Source of the DNA: Nemertoderma westbladi
Lineage: Eukaryota > Animalia > Xenacoelomorpha
NCBI GenBank assembly: GCA_032718475.1
Contig: JAUCBJ010004176.1
Span: forward strand, 83,349 to 147,348
Length of the DNA stretch: 64,000 nt
Reading direction: 5' to 3'
Position 1 is the stretch's first letter. Each line of letters begins with the position of its first letter. Below are positions 1-11,483 of the stretch, one piece after another. Position numbers and translations under genes: made by a program. Below the pieces are notes generated by a model. The model saw nothing but the letters and a program-made list of their open reading frames with translations, did no database searches and was not told the DNA's origin.

Positions 1-198
1 TGTGTGTCGGAAGCAAATAATTAAGCGTTCTGACTCACAATACAAACTGATGGGCTTGGAGGTCGGATTGGTTACCACCCAGACCTGTTACTATGAATTA
101 ATCTCCCATCGTCGATTGCTATATTTCTATAGTAAATTTTTATTTATTGTTTATTTTATTTTTAAATTTAATTTTATAATTTTATTCAAATATTTCAG

Positions 199-1959
199 CC
201 AAGTAACTTCTACACGACTCATAGCCAACAAAGCAGACCTCCTCCACCATATCAGTTTACGTTACCTAGCAACCACCCGGTGCTAAACAACCGACAACTG
301 GTGCTGAACATCCCGTCGAACCTAGCGGCCCAACCGTCGCAGTGTTCGCGTGTCGCAGACGATACAACCCCCAGGGGCGGGACCACCCTGGGTGCCAGTC
401 CCAGACCCTTGGTGCTACATTCCGTGTGCAGTCAGTCCGTCCCCAAACCCCGTCTACAGCAGGCGACGGCCCCCCGCAGACCACCCCCTAGTTTCCCCCA
501 CCCGCCCCCTCCCGACTGTCCGACCAGTTCCAGTCTGTCTACCGACAGCTGCGGGGCGGGTCGGAGGCCCCACCGCGCTGCTTGGCGGGTCCCTCCGGAC
601 CCCCACCTTGCCCCCCATGTCTCGAGACGGGTCCCTCCTGACCCCCGTCGCGTCCACCTGCTCCCAGCCCCCTCGGGTCCACAACCATCCCCCGCCACCT
701 CCCAACCGGCCCCCCTCCCCTCCCCCCACACTGCCTCCCAACCATCCCCCTGCACCTCCCAACCGGTTCCCCACCCTTCCCCCCAACCAACCGCCTACAC
801 TCCCCAACCGGCCCCCCTCCCTTCCCCCCACTCTGCCTCCCAACCATCCCCCTACACCCATCTCGATCCCCCTCCCTACCGACAGGCTCTCTGCGATCTC
901 GCTCGCTCGACCCCCGCCCCCAGCCCGACTATAAGCAGTACGACTACCACCTCGGACAGCATCCCCTACTACCACAACGACCTCCCTATCCCCCGAGACC
1001 GATCCCCCGTTCCTCCGGGACCTCCCGACCGCGACTTCTACAACGGGTTGGACCTCAGCCAACTGGACCAACTCTCCGAGAGCGAGTTGGCCTACCTCTC
1101 CTACAGACTGGCGGACCAACATATGACGTCATCGACCCACGGGCCACCCCTCTACCGCTCGTCCTCCTCCGATGCGGGGCCGCCCTCCGGTTACCATAGC
1201 TACGAGACCGAGTTATCCGAGTGCTCGTACGATGACTACGCGATTCAGCGGTTGCCTGGCGAACAACGCGAGGCGACCGCGACTACGACCCCCCTCGTGG
1301 GTCTCACAGACGACGAACTCGCGGAGTACAGTCGGATCACGGGGCTGGAACCCGTGTTCCCTGGCAACCAACACCTCGCGTTGGTCGCCACCCGTCCCGA
1401 TCGTCTCCGTCGGTCGATCAGCGACGAACCAACTCGCTCCGAGGATTCCCCCAACTCCGATTCCTTCCTCCACCGTTCCCAACTCGTCGACGAGGATACC
1501 TCGACTCCGCTCTACCTGAGACACCCGCCTCGGTTGATCCCCACCGTCGCCCGAATCCGCAGTCCACCTCCGTACCGCAACGACAACCCACGTTCTAGAA
1601 CCGCCAACCAAGACGTCGCTATGGTGCCAACCTGTCGACCCGAGGTCGGTTGTCGTTCAAACCTCGCCACCGTCAAGAAACTCTCTAAAAGCGTCAACGA
1701 CATTGTGGACGCTGAGACAGTCTACGAGACGGATGAGGTCATTACAGACGAGGTGCGTCGCAGTCCGCATCGTCTGTCGGACCCGGAGTCCCTGTTGGAT
1801 CCATCGCCCCCCGACCCGTCGCCCCCACGCGGCCGCTTTATGAAGAACTGCTCGGCGGAGGCCTATAAGTTCTACATGGAACAGCACATCGAGAACGTTA
1901 TAAAGGTGCAACACCAACGTATACGGAGGCGGTCAGAGCTGGAGGTAGATATGGAGAAG
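199..1959 (+). CDS. LATS: LATS/Warts kinase, large N-terminal exon (Pro/Ser-rich, three PPxY motifs, start of MOB-binding region)
   Basis: Acceptor tatttcag|199 is in frame with ORF 280-2001. PPPY occurs three times (RPPPPYQ, DPPPYRQ, SPPPYRN). Ends SAEAYKFYMEQHIENVIK...DMEK|gtaagt, a LATS hallmark. No ATG at exon start, so upstream exon(s) are likely outside the window. Confidence 0.88.
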
Positions 1960-3217
1960 GTAAGTAAGAAATTCGGAATCTGTAGACGAAGGCGGTTCTG
2001 ATAATATCTGGATTACATTTATTTAAAATCAAAATTTATGGTATTTTCACGTAAATCTAATAATTTGGTTAACAGTTGTGTATCAATGGTAATCAATTAG
2101 AAATAGTCTCATAAGTATTTAGGGCATATCATTCATAGTACAACAGATGATAGTTTTGATATTTTAAATCAACCTCAAAGTTTATACAGGTGAGGCCATA
2201 TGTTAATACGCAAGTTTAATTTTTGTTCTACGTTAGTTAAGATTAAATTGCTTAGAAGTTTTTGTACACAAGTTCGTGGTAATGCTTTATGGTCTAGACA
2301 GAATTATACCTTGAGCATATTTAACAGGTGGAGAGATGCCCGTAAGGGTGAAATGCGCATACGATAAACCATTTATAATTTTTATTTAAACGTGGTAAGA
2401 CCCTCACCTACTCCCTTATTGTTTCCATGCTCGGAGTCCCCACAACCATACAATAATATAGAACGCAGATTTTTCAGGTATCCATATAATTTTAGTGCAT
2501 CTTTATTATTTAGTGAATTAAATGTCCCAAAATTTAAACACATTGTATATAATTCTAAGGTATCACTGTTTAATAGGATCAGTAGTTGTAGTAATCGGGT
2601 CCTTCTCTACAAGTAGAATTAGACTATTATTATAAGATATTATGTTACTTAAATAGCTATTGTGCTGTGTATATTGTTTATAATGTTTACCTATTACTAG
2701 AGTTACCCCTTATTGTTCTTTGGTTTTGTTTTTACTATGGGCGTTGGATGTATCCTATGTATCGTATATTCCAAATACTAAAAATATAGCCAACAGAGAT
2801 GGTTAAATGCCATCCATGCTGGAGTCCCGAATAGACGGGGCGGGTTCATTTAAAAAAAAATCCACCCACAATTCTCTTATTCCAGACACCCCGACTATTA
2901 ACTCAGCGTAATATTTTCTAAAAATGTACATTTTCTATTATGAGTAAATAAACGTTTGTTCTCATAATAATTGAGTTGAAAGTGAAAGAAACGAAAACCG
3001 TGTACCGAGTAGGCCTATACCACCGGTTACCTATACAGGTACTGCTGTACCTGTACGCATATGCTCTATGTTAAGTAAGTATGTAAATTTTCCACCCACC
3101 ACGTTTATTCCAGCCACCCCTTCTATTTGAGACTGGGAGAATTAATGTAGTTGATTTTACACTTTTCTACGAAGGAGTTAAAATAATGTTCTATATAAAA
3201 ATCAATGTTACATTAAG

Positions 3218-3341
3218 GTTTGTCTTAACGAAGAAGCAAAGACCCAAATGCGTAAACTTTTGTGCCAAAAGGAAAGTAATTATATTCGTCTGAAGAGAGC
3301 GCGAATGACCCGCGAGATGTTTCGGAAGATTAAAAAAATCG
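3218..3341 (+). CDS. LATS: LATS exon (MOB-binding NTR end, start of kinase domain)
   Basis: cattaag|VCLNEEAKTQMRKLLCQKESNYIRLKRARMTREMFRKIKKI-G|gtgag; phase 0 in, phase 1 out. Confidence 0.95.
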
Positions 3342-3381
3342 GTGAGTTCTAGAATAGATAATTGTTAAGTGTAACATCTGC

Positions 3382-4548
3382 CACCCCGGGGCTGAACTGC
3401 GTTTTAGTCGAATATAATTCCCCAGACATTTTGTCAAGATTTTTGAACTCCATTCCGCTCTGCTTATGAGAGAAATTTAATTTAAAAAAAATTGTCAATG
3501 TCCGGGTTCAGAATCGTCCGGCCTCATTTCCGGACTGTCCGGTTTCCGACTCAGTTATACAACCGGACAGTAAATAATTCCCCCAAAATTTCTGAAACGA
3601 TATTTGACCTACTATTAGTCATCTGAGTAAAATAAACAAAAAATTAAAAAAAACGGTCGATGTCCCATCTATTTATTAATAATTATTAATAAATTGTTAT
3701 AAATAAATTTGTGGCCTGGCCGTGGCCATGGTTATAGACCCAGTTGGGGAAATAATTCCCGGGCATTTTGGTTAGTTATAACGCATGACAATGTCCTTTC
3801 TAACGCAAATAACATAAAAAAGTGAAAAACGGTCGATGTCCAAGCTATTTATTACTATTTATCACTATTTTGAATAAATTTTGCTGTTAGAATGCGATAC
3901 ACCTAGCCCAGAGCTCCGAAGTTCACTTATAGACTGGCTATGGGGTTTATATTGTCTGTGGTAGTTGCTACGAGTCTAATTTACCAGGAAATTATGAAAA
4001 AGAAAAAATTCAAAATGCTTAACAACACTAAACATGCATAACTATTATTAACTAGTCCTATTTACTACATTATTGCTCTTTAGCTTTAGATCTTTCTGCA
4101 TTATATGTCGTTTTTTTTTCTGTATTGACAAATTACCCCGGTGATTTTCTCTACTGTTATGAATTGCATGCCACTTTACTTCAAAAAGAAAATATTTTTT
4201 TTTAATTTGTCGATGTCCGGATTCAGAATTATCTTGGCAGAGTTCCGGACATGCCTGCTCATACCGGACACATGCCTTTTCCGTCTAAACAATTTAACAA
4301 TTGGACATCGAGCGTTTTTCATTATTTTTGTTTATTTTGAAATTTTGGGGGAATTATTTACTGTCCGGTTGTATAACTGAGTCGGAAACCGGACAGTCCG
4401 GAAATGGGGCCGGACGATTCTGAACCCGGACATTGATAATTTTTTTTAATTAAATTTTTCTCATAAGCAGAGCGGAATGGAGTTCAAGAAACTTGTCAAA
4501 ATGTCTGGGGAATTATATTCGACTAAAACTCAGTTCCGCCCCGGGGTG
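3382..4548. mobile_element. Non-autonomous DNA transposon (MITE) with ~220-bp terminal inverted repeats
   Basis: Termini caccccgggg...ccccggggtg; 3382-3590 is mirrored at 4340-4548. Flanks ctgc/atgc could be a 4-bp TSD with one mismatch. Confidence 0.8.
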
Positions 4549-4586
4549 ATGCGGCTAGTTTTGAGCCCATTATATTATATTAAATT

Positions 4587-5286
4587 ATATTTAACACATA
4601 TCAGACAGTCTGCTTACGAACTGTAGGTAGGCTACCGGTTTTACTGTAGTTATAGACTTAGAGTTATTTTGAAGAAATATAGAAATATAATTAAATTTTG
4701 AAAATAAATTAAAATGAATGGAAAATTGGCGGAATTACGAGAAAATATGAAGAGAAATGTTAGACTAATATGAAGGGGGGGGGGGGGGGGGGGGGGGGAA
4801 CTTGGACAAGCATAAAAGGTAGATCCTGGGGGGGGGGGGGACTTGGACAAGCATAAACTGTATATCCTGGGGGGGGGGGGGGGGGGGGTGGGTGGGGGGG
4901 GGGGTGGAATATGAAGTATACGTAGTTCAATGGACGTGGTGTGGTCATTAAGGGAGGGGCTTTGTGAACGGATGTAAAGTGTTTCTTTAATATTGAGTTC
5001 TAGAATATCTTTTTTTTACCCTGAACTACTTCTACTTTAGTTATTCCACCCCCCCCCCCCCCCCCCCCCCCCCCCCTTTCATATTATTTATTATTATTTC
5101 TCTTCATATTTTCTCGTAATTCCCGCCAATTTTTCATTCATTTCAATTTATTTTCAAAATTTAATTATATTTCTTCATAATTCAGTGCAATTATTTATAA
5201 GGTTATTTTATTATTGTCTATAACTACAGTAAAACCGGTAGCCTACCTACAGTTCGTAAGTAGATTGTCTGATATGTGTTAAATAT
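4587..5286. mobile_element. Palindromic MITE/foldback with poly-G/poly-C inner arms
   Basis: atatttaacacatatcagac...actgtagttataga is mirrored by tctataactacagt...gatatgtgttaaatat. The G-run near 4774 pairs with the C-run near 5049. Confidence 0.75.
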
Positions 5287-5870
5287 TGTGTTTTCCATTT
5301 ATAGTTAAAATATATTATTTTTTTTACTTCTTGGCGGTTTCTAATTTACATTTCCGACAAGGTAACACTATATGCTATGCGACTGCTGTTTCATCAACTT
5401 TTTTCAGCAACATGAAGAGTTAATCCCACGAGTAACTTTATTGCATCAATCTGTTTTACGTGATTTTTCAAAAAATGGAGGTATTCAGAGTTGGGGCGAG
5501 CCACGATGTTGGCGGAGCCTTAGCGAACTTAGTTATTCAGTCTACCGCTAGTGGGTTAAAATGAAAACGTTTTAGAAATGTGTGAATGAAAACCTACAGC
5601 GATATCGTAGTATTGTTTATAATCGTCCGATTGATATCTGGTACCTCGGTGTATTCTAACACCTCTAACTAAGTTTTGTGAGCATTCTTAAACCGTTTCC
5701 AGCTACCCCGTCTGCCGTTAGAGGGTTAAAGTAATTTAGGGACAATATATTTTACTTAGAATTCTTTCGAGTTGACACTTAACATATGTTTATATCACGT
5801 GCTGCGCGAAGGCCCCACTTCGTGTATATTATTGAATGACATTTAGTATCAACGCATCTCATTGTTATAG

Positions 5871-6056
5871 GTATTGGAGCCTTCGGAGAGGTGTCTTTGG
5901 TACAGAAGATAGATACTAAACAACTTTATGCAATGAAGACCCTACGTAAATCCCACATACTGAAACGCAACCAGGTGGCTCACGTGAAGGCCGAACGGGA
6001 TATCCTAGCGGAAATCGATAACGAGTGGGTCGTAAAACTCTACTACTCGTTCCAAG
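5871..6056 (+). CDS. LATS: LATS kinase exon (Gly loop, catalytic Lys, helix C)
   Basis: gttatag|[27 protein letters not shown]...[26 protein letters not shown]|gtgag. Confidence 0.97.
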
Positions 6057-6089
6057 GTGAGGAGGAGGTTAAAGTCATTCTGTGACTGA

Positions 6090-6235
6090 AACTTAGTTTT
6101 CGTTGGCAGCTGCTATCAACCATAATGGTGGGCACGTTTTCGTGCACACCTTAGGAAAATGCATAGACGTCCGGGCGGGATCGAACTGGGGACCTCCAGG
6201 TTGGAATTCCAACTCTTCAACCATTCCCATAGCAG
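6090..6235 (-). mobile_element. tRNA-derived SINE head fragment
   Basis: The minus strand has a pol III B-box-like cagttcgatcccgcc and a degenerate A box; no complete cloverleaf. Confidence 0.45.
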
Positions 6236-6586
6236 TATACGCAAAAGGCAACACCAGTCCAGACCGCGATATGGTACCGGTAACGACCTATGAATTTTGT
6301 ACTGTCTGCATCCGTGATGAATACGGTACAATCATACTGAAAGAATACTGTTACTTTATTTCACGCCATGATATATAGCACCCCATAGCCCATCATTGAG
6401 TTTACTTTATTTCACGGTGTATTCCATCTGACTTGAAAATAAAATAATATGTATAAAGAAATGTTTGACTTGGATTTTACTTTCCCAAGGTAGCCCTTTC
6501 GTTTGTGTCTGTGGAAGTGACTTAGAAGTAAGTGTAGGCTACGCTGATATGTTTCTATATTTAATGTTAAATTCGTTATCATTTAG

Positions 6587-6728
6587 ATAAAATCAACTTA
6601 TACTTTGTGATGGATTACGTTCCCGGAGGCGATATGATGTCGTTGCTCATCAAACTCGGGGTTTTTTCGGAAACCCTGGCGCGATTTTACATCGCCGAAT
6701 TAGTCTTGGCTATAGAATCGGTTCACAG
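6587..6728 (+). CDS. LATS: LATS kinase exon (hinge)
   Basis: atttag|[48 protein letters not shown]|gttaat; phases match both neighbours. Confidence 0.97.
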
Positions 6729-6830
6729 GTTAATCAATAATTTATTGTACTTAATCAATTAACGTTGAATGACAAACGCTGAAATGGAAATAATTTTATA
6801 ATGGCAAAGCAAGATTAAAATTAAATATCA

Positions 6831-8779
6831 CCCTAATAAAATAACAACTTTACATACAAAATACATTTACAACGGAATCATCAAAATTAATATAACAATT
6901 AACTGAAGTATAAAGTGTAGTCCTAGAATATTAATAATTTCAGTTTATTATAAATGAATGCAAAGCTCAATATTGAGCCGCTATGTCCTATCCACGGAGC
7001 CCAGCACCGTCCCCGAAACGGGTAACAGACGTTTCGGTCTAAGACGTTTTGGCCTAGGACGTTTCGGCCCAATGAATGAAATACAAGATTTGCTTGTCGG
7101 ACGTTTTGGCCCAAAGATTAAATTTACTCCCTTAAATAAGCTATTAATAATAAGTTATTCAATATATTTGTTTTGTAGTTGTTACGTTCGTTACAAGAGG
7201 AGTTGTCAGTAGGAACTGCTCCGACACCTGTTTGAAAGTCGTCAAGATCGAAGTTCTTATATATATAAATAATAACTTATTATTTATTAATATAAATTTA
7301 CACCATACTGTAACTTAGAACAAAGATAACATGCTGACAAATTAACTTTAGAGTTATGATGATGGGCTTTCCCCCATAAAAAAAACATACGTATTTTAAA
7401 ATGTGAGTCAATAAATAAAGTACATTAAAATACACCGAATTAAAATTACTGTATTTTAATGTTGGTCTTAAAAATATAATAGATAAGAAATATTCCATTA
7501 AAGGGGCATTGCTAATAATTATGAGACAGACTGGATGTCATATGGAATGAGATAAAATATATGCGTATTAAATTTAAATTTAGATGAAATGTATGCGTAT
7601 AAATCGACGGGTATAAATCATCTATCATCGAAGATGATAGTTATTGTTTCAGCAGATCATTAAGACATAGCTGCAATACACTGTCCAGCTACAAGAATTA
7701 TCAATTGAGTAATGTTTAAAGTTAATGAAGTATCTCCAAAATATATCGATCAGACGAGATTTAAGCCCTAAATGGTTCTTGAAATTGATTCACTTTAGTA
7801 GTACTGTATATTAGCAATGTGGCACTCGAGACCAAAAGTTTTGTTCTGACTTGCATTTTTTCGGCCGCATAACATAATTGATGGCGAATTGTCTATGGAA
7901 CCAGAGCACCACTTCCCTAATGTTTATTTTATTTTGAAATAAAAGTAAATTAAATAGCCATTTCATGAAAGATATTTTATTAAGTGTTTGTATGTTATTG
8001 TGAAATAATTATAATTTTAATGAATAATTATTATCATATCAAACAAGTTGGCCTTTTCATTCGGTTACCGTCATGGGCCGAAACGTCCGGACCGAATCGT
8101 CCGGGCCGAAATGTCCAGGCCGAAACGTCCTGGACCGAAACGTCCTAGGCCGAAACGTCTGTATACCCCCGAAACCAAGCCCTCGCCATGAACGGCGACC
8201 TCCTCGAAGGAACAGGGAACTCGACCGCAGCAGAGCAAACTGTAGACGGCGTCGCACGCCCCCCAAAACGCAGGCTAAACCATGCTCCCTCATCGACTGG
8301 AGCTTGGCCACTAGGGCCTCTGCGATGTGGTTAATGAGGATGCGGGTATCAGGACACCAAACACCGTCTGTAGTACCCACGAGCGGAGTGAAAGACATCC
8401 GCCGGTCTTCACAGATAGTGTGGTAGTGAGTAGTGACGCTTTTTGTAGCGGCAACGTTCCTCAAGGAGCGACTCGGTTGACCGGTTGGCGAGGGTGTAGG
8501 TGGTGGCGTCAGCGTTTATTATCGCAACATCAAACGACGCCACCCGTTGGTTAGCCCACACACCCCGCGCAACCAGATCCGCTCTGACTCCCCCCGACTG
8601 CAGCACCCGAACTATCCAAGTAACCCCGGGATAGGGTCACCTCCCGCTCCACACTGGAGGCCCCAACCACTGAAGCGAGGAGATCGCCGAACACCTCCTG
8701 GACCTCGTCGTGGCGCTTTACTATCAGACCGCCCGACTTACAGGTCAGTGCGTGGGAGGTGGAGAATTCACCCCCCACT
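6831..8779 (-). mobile_element. 5'-truncated non-LTR retrotransposon with restriction-like endonuclease (CRE-clade-like), frameshifted and interrupted by a MITE
   Basis: Minus-strand peptides HALTCKSGGLIVKRHD, RADLVARGVW...FDVAIINADA and SFTPLVGTTDG. The frame continues GLGFG|DGAGLRG* across the MITE. Candidate TSD attaaatatca at 6820-6830 and 8780-8790. Confidence 0.7.
7020..8167. mobile_element. MITE with repetitive TIRs (gacgtttcggcc units) and 8-9 bp TSD
   Basis: Starts gggtaacagacgtttcgg and ends ccgaaacgtctgtatacc; cccgaaac is duplicated at 7012-7019 and 8168-8175. Confidence 0.88.
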
Positions 8780-8998
8780 ATTAAATATCATTAAAAATGC
8801 TCAGCCGTGGCGTTTTTTTTTTGCTACATATAAAATAAGATAGAATACTATTTACATACTATAGGTTTTAAAATATGTGAAGATCATAATGAATAGTATT
8901 ATAATATAATTATTGTCATCATGATAACCATAACGGATTCCCAAGACAGTCAAAGTGAGCGGTATTCATTGAATCTTTCCAGGATCCTTTACAGTGAC

Positions 8999-9268
8999 TC
9001 AGCAACTGACATCATTGAGGCGGGAACGGAAGCAGCACAAATAGGGTGCTGTCACCACCGCTGATGGAAGCAAATTCCATACTGAAATATTTCTTATGGT
9101 GAAATGTGTCCGATGCAGGCGGCTATTTGAATGAGGAGTTGATAATTTCATGGAATGACCCCTTGTTCTAACATTGTTGTTGCGCTGAAACAGATTATGG
9201 TTGCTAAGCGTGCTAAGACCACTTAATATTTTGAACATTTCGACCAAATCGAGGTAAATTCGCCGTTC
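8999..9268 (-). mobile_element. CR1/L2-type LINE ORF2 3' fragment
   Basis: DLVEMFKIL...RTRGHSMKL...FTIRNISVWNLLPSAVVTA, the typical CR1/L2 C-terminus. Confidence 0.8.
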
Positions 9269-9917
9269 TTAAATGGGTTTTTCTAACCAAAACAATAATA
9301 CGATGATGGGAATTGAGGGAAAGGAGCAGGTTATAGAGACGGGTTTTTCCTAACAAAAACAACAACCTTTTTTGTTATATCGAATGTAAAAAGTGGGGCA
9401 ACAGGAAAATGTTTAGGTATATGCCAGTCACAATCCAACACAACTGTTGGATTTTTGAATTCAACTGGCCAGAATTCATATATGAAGCGAAACTAGACAT
9501 ATTTTTTTTTGTAATATGGGGAATGTAATACATCATCGATTGCGGATAGGCTTCTTATAAGCGCTTAAATCAACCCAGATGGATTCACTTCACCAAGTGC
9601 ATTTTCCTCAACCCGTGTTGCATTTAATAACTTTCGAAACAATTATTGCTACTCCACCAACACGATTTAGAGAGGGGCGGTCTCTTCTAAATATATCATA
9701 ATCCTTCAATTCAGGGCAAGAAAAAAGATAATCCGATTATTCTGGGAGAAGGTGAGTCGGATTATGAGAGGCGTCACAATGTAGAGGGAGACTAAGAACC
9801 GTAAAGGAACTATCTTATTTCTATTTGACTGATAAATTTATACTAAATAATCCTTGTTACTTGGGGACCGTTGTTTCAACAGTTTCTAATTGTCATTATA
9901 CAGCTGCGTACCGGGAC

Positions 9918-11050
9918 CTCACCTATTGCTTGGGGGGGGGGGGGGGGGGGGGATCGGCCCCTTCCTAGTTTTTAATTGCTGTATCTATGCAACCACATTA
10001 TGTACCAGCCCAATTTTTTAGGAGAATTAGTCAAATTTAATGGCGCTTATTTTGCAAAAAACGGCGTTGCAATTAGATTTCAACTTTTCCATGTGGGTGC
10101 CACCTCAAAATTTGGTCCTCAGCAGAAGTTTTTTTGAAATTTTCGAATTTTACAAGGTCATTTGTGAGTTAGTAATTCTTTATGTTGGGGCTTTTTTTTA
10201 TTGATTCTGATTTCAAATTTTCAAAATTTCAATATTCGTTAAATACTCCGAAGTTTTGATTTCAACGCATTTTTATGGGTTTTCTGGCTCGCTTAATCGA
10301 TTGAATGTAATATAGAAGACTTAATTCTTAGTGGTACATCATTTTTGGTGCACCAAAATTAGGGCGTGGCAAGTAGGCTTACTTCAAATTTTAAAAATTA
10401 CGATATTCAGAAAATACCGCAGGTTTTCATTTCAACCCATTTTTATAGGTTATCTGGACCCCTGAATCGATTGAAAGTAATATTGAAGCTTCAAGTCTTA
10501 GTGTTACATCATTATTGGTACACCACAATTAGGGCGTGGTACTTTTTCAAAATTTGAATAAGTGACACTCCCTAATTTTGGTGCACCAAAAATGCCGAAC
10601 CACTACGTCTTCAGGCTTCGATAATATTTTCAATCGATTCAGCGGTCCAGAAAATGAAGTGCCACGCCCACTTCTTAGGTGCTCAAAATTACCATCCAGT
10701 TCAAAAAATAATTACATTCGATTCAGCGTAGTGAAAAACCTACTAATGCTAGCCAACAACGCCACACTATTTATTAGTTTTTATAATATCAAAAAAATGT
10801 ATATTTTGTACTAGGACTACTTCTATTTTTCATGAAAATTATTATACTTATAAATATATTAATACTTATAAATTCTTATGAAATTTTCTTTTTTTTTATT
10901 GGATTTGAAAATGTTCTTCGATAATTTTTTCACCTACAGCCCAAATTTTGTAGGATTTTATAGCATGATTACAAAAATACAGCGGGGGGCCGAATCGACC
11001 CCCCGCCAGTGCTGCTAATGGTCTAAACACCCCAGTGGTAATAGGGTTAA
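9918..11050. mobile_element. Degenerate piggyBac-like MITE
   Basis: Right end ggtaatagggttaa (ends in TTAA) with subterminal gggggccgaatcgacccccc. The left end is degenerate (cacctattgct, polyG, atcggcccc). Internal inverted repeats are present. Confidence 0.45.
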
Positions 11051-11483
11051 GGAAGTTAGTGGAAGTTAAAAACCGCTTTAAAAGAGTTTAGAGCTTAGAA
11101 ATGACTCGGCTCGATCTGGCTCGATAGGTTTGACTCGGCTCGATAGGTACTGATTACGGCTGATAGCCTGATTTGTATGGTTACAGGGTTATGTACAGTC
11201 TTCAATAAAATAGTGTAATTCAGGGAGGGGGGGGGGGGGGGGCATTTTATCCAAGGAAAAAGCGCCCACTGGGCACAGTTTTTTTTTTTTTGGGGGGGGG
11301 GGGGGGGGGGCATATTTTCCTGTAACACTGGGGATATTTTCTTGTTACACCAGTAGTACGCGTACTGCAACTGCTGTACTGCTGTGTAGGACGTACTGTT
11401 GTAGGCCTACTGCTGTACTGTATACCGGTATACAATTAATTAAAGCAGTACCGGTACAGCAGAAGAAGCAAAACTTCAGAACT

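Noticed and set aside
266-1917. Many overlapping alternative and antisense ORFs over LATS exon 1 (likewise over MED15 and gag-pol)
   Set aside because: Expected by-products of C-rich coding sequence. The GTG start at 280 is not a real start, since the frame opens at the 199 acceptor.
6831-6836. ttaggg at the 3' end of the CRE-like element, suggesting telomere targeting
   Set aside because: A single hexamer, likely chance.
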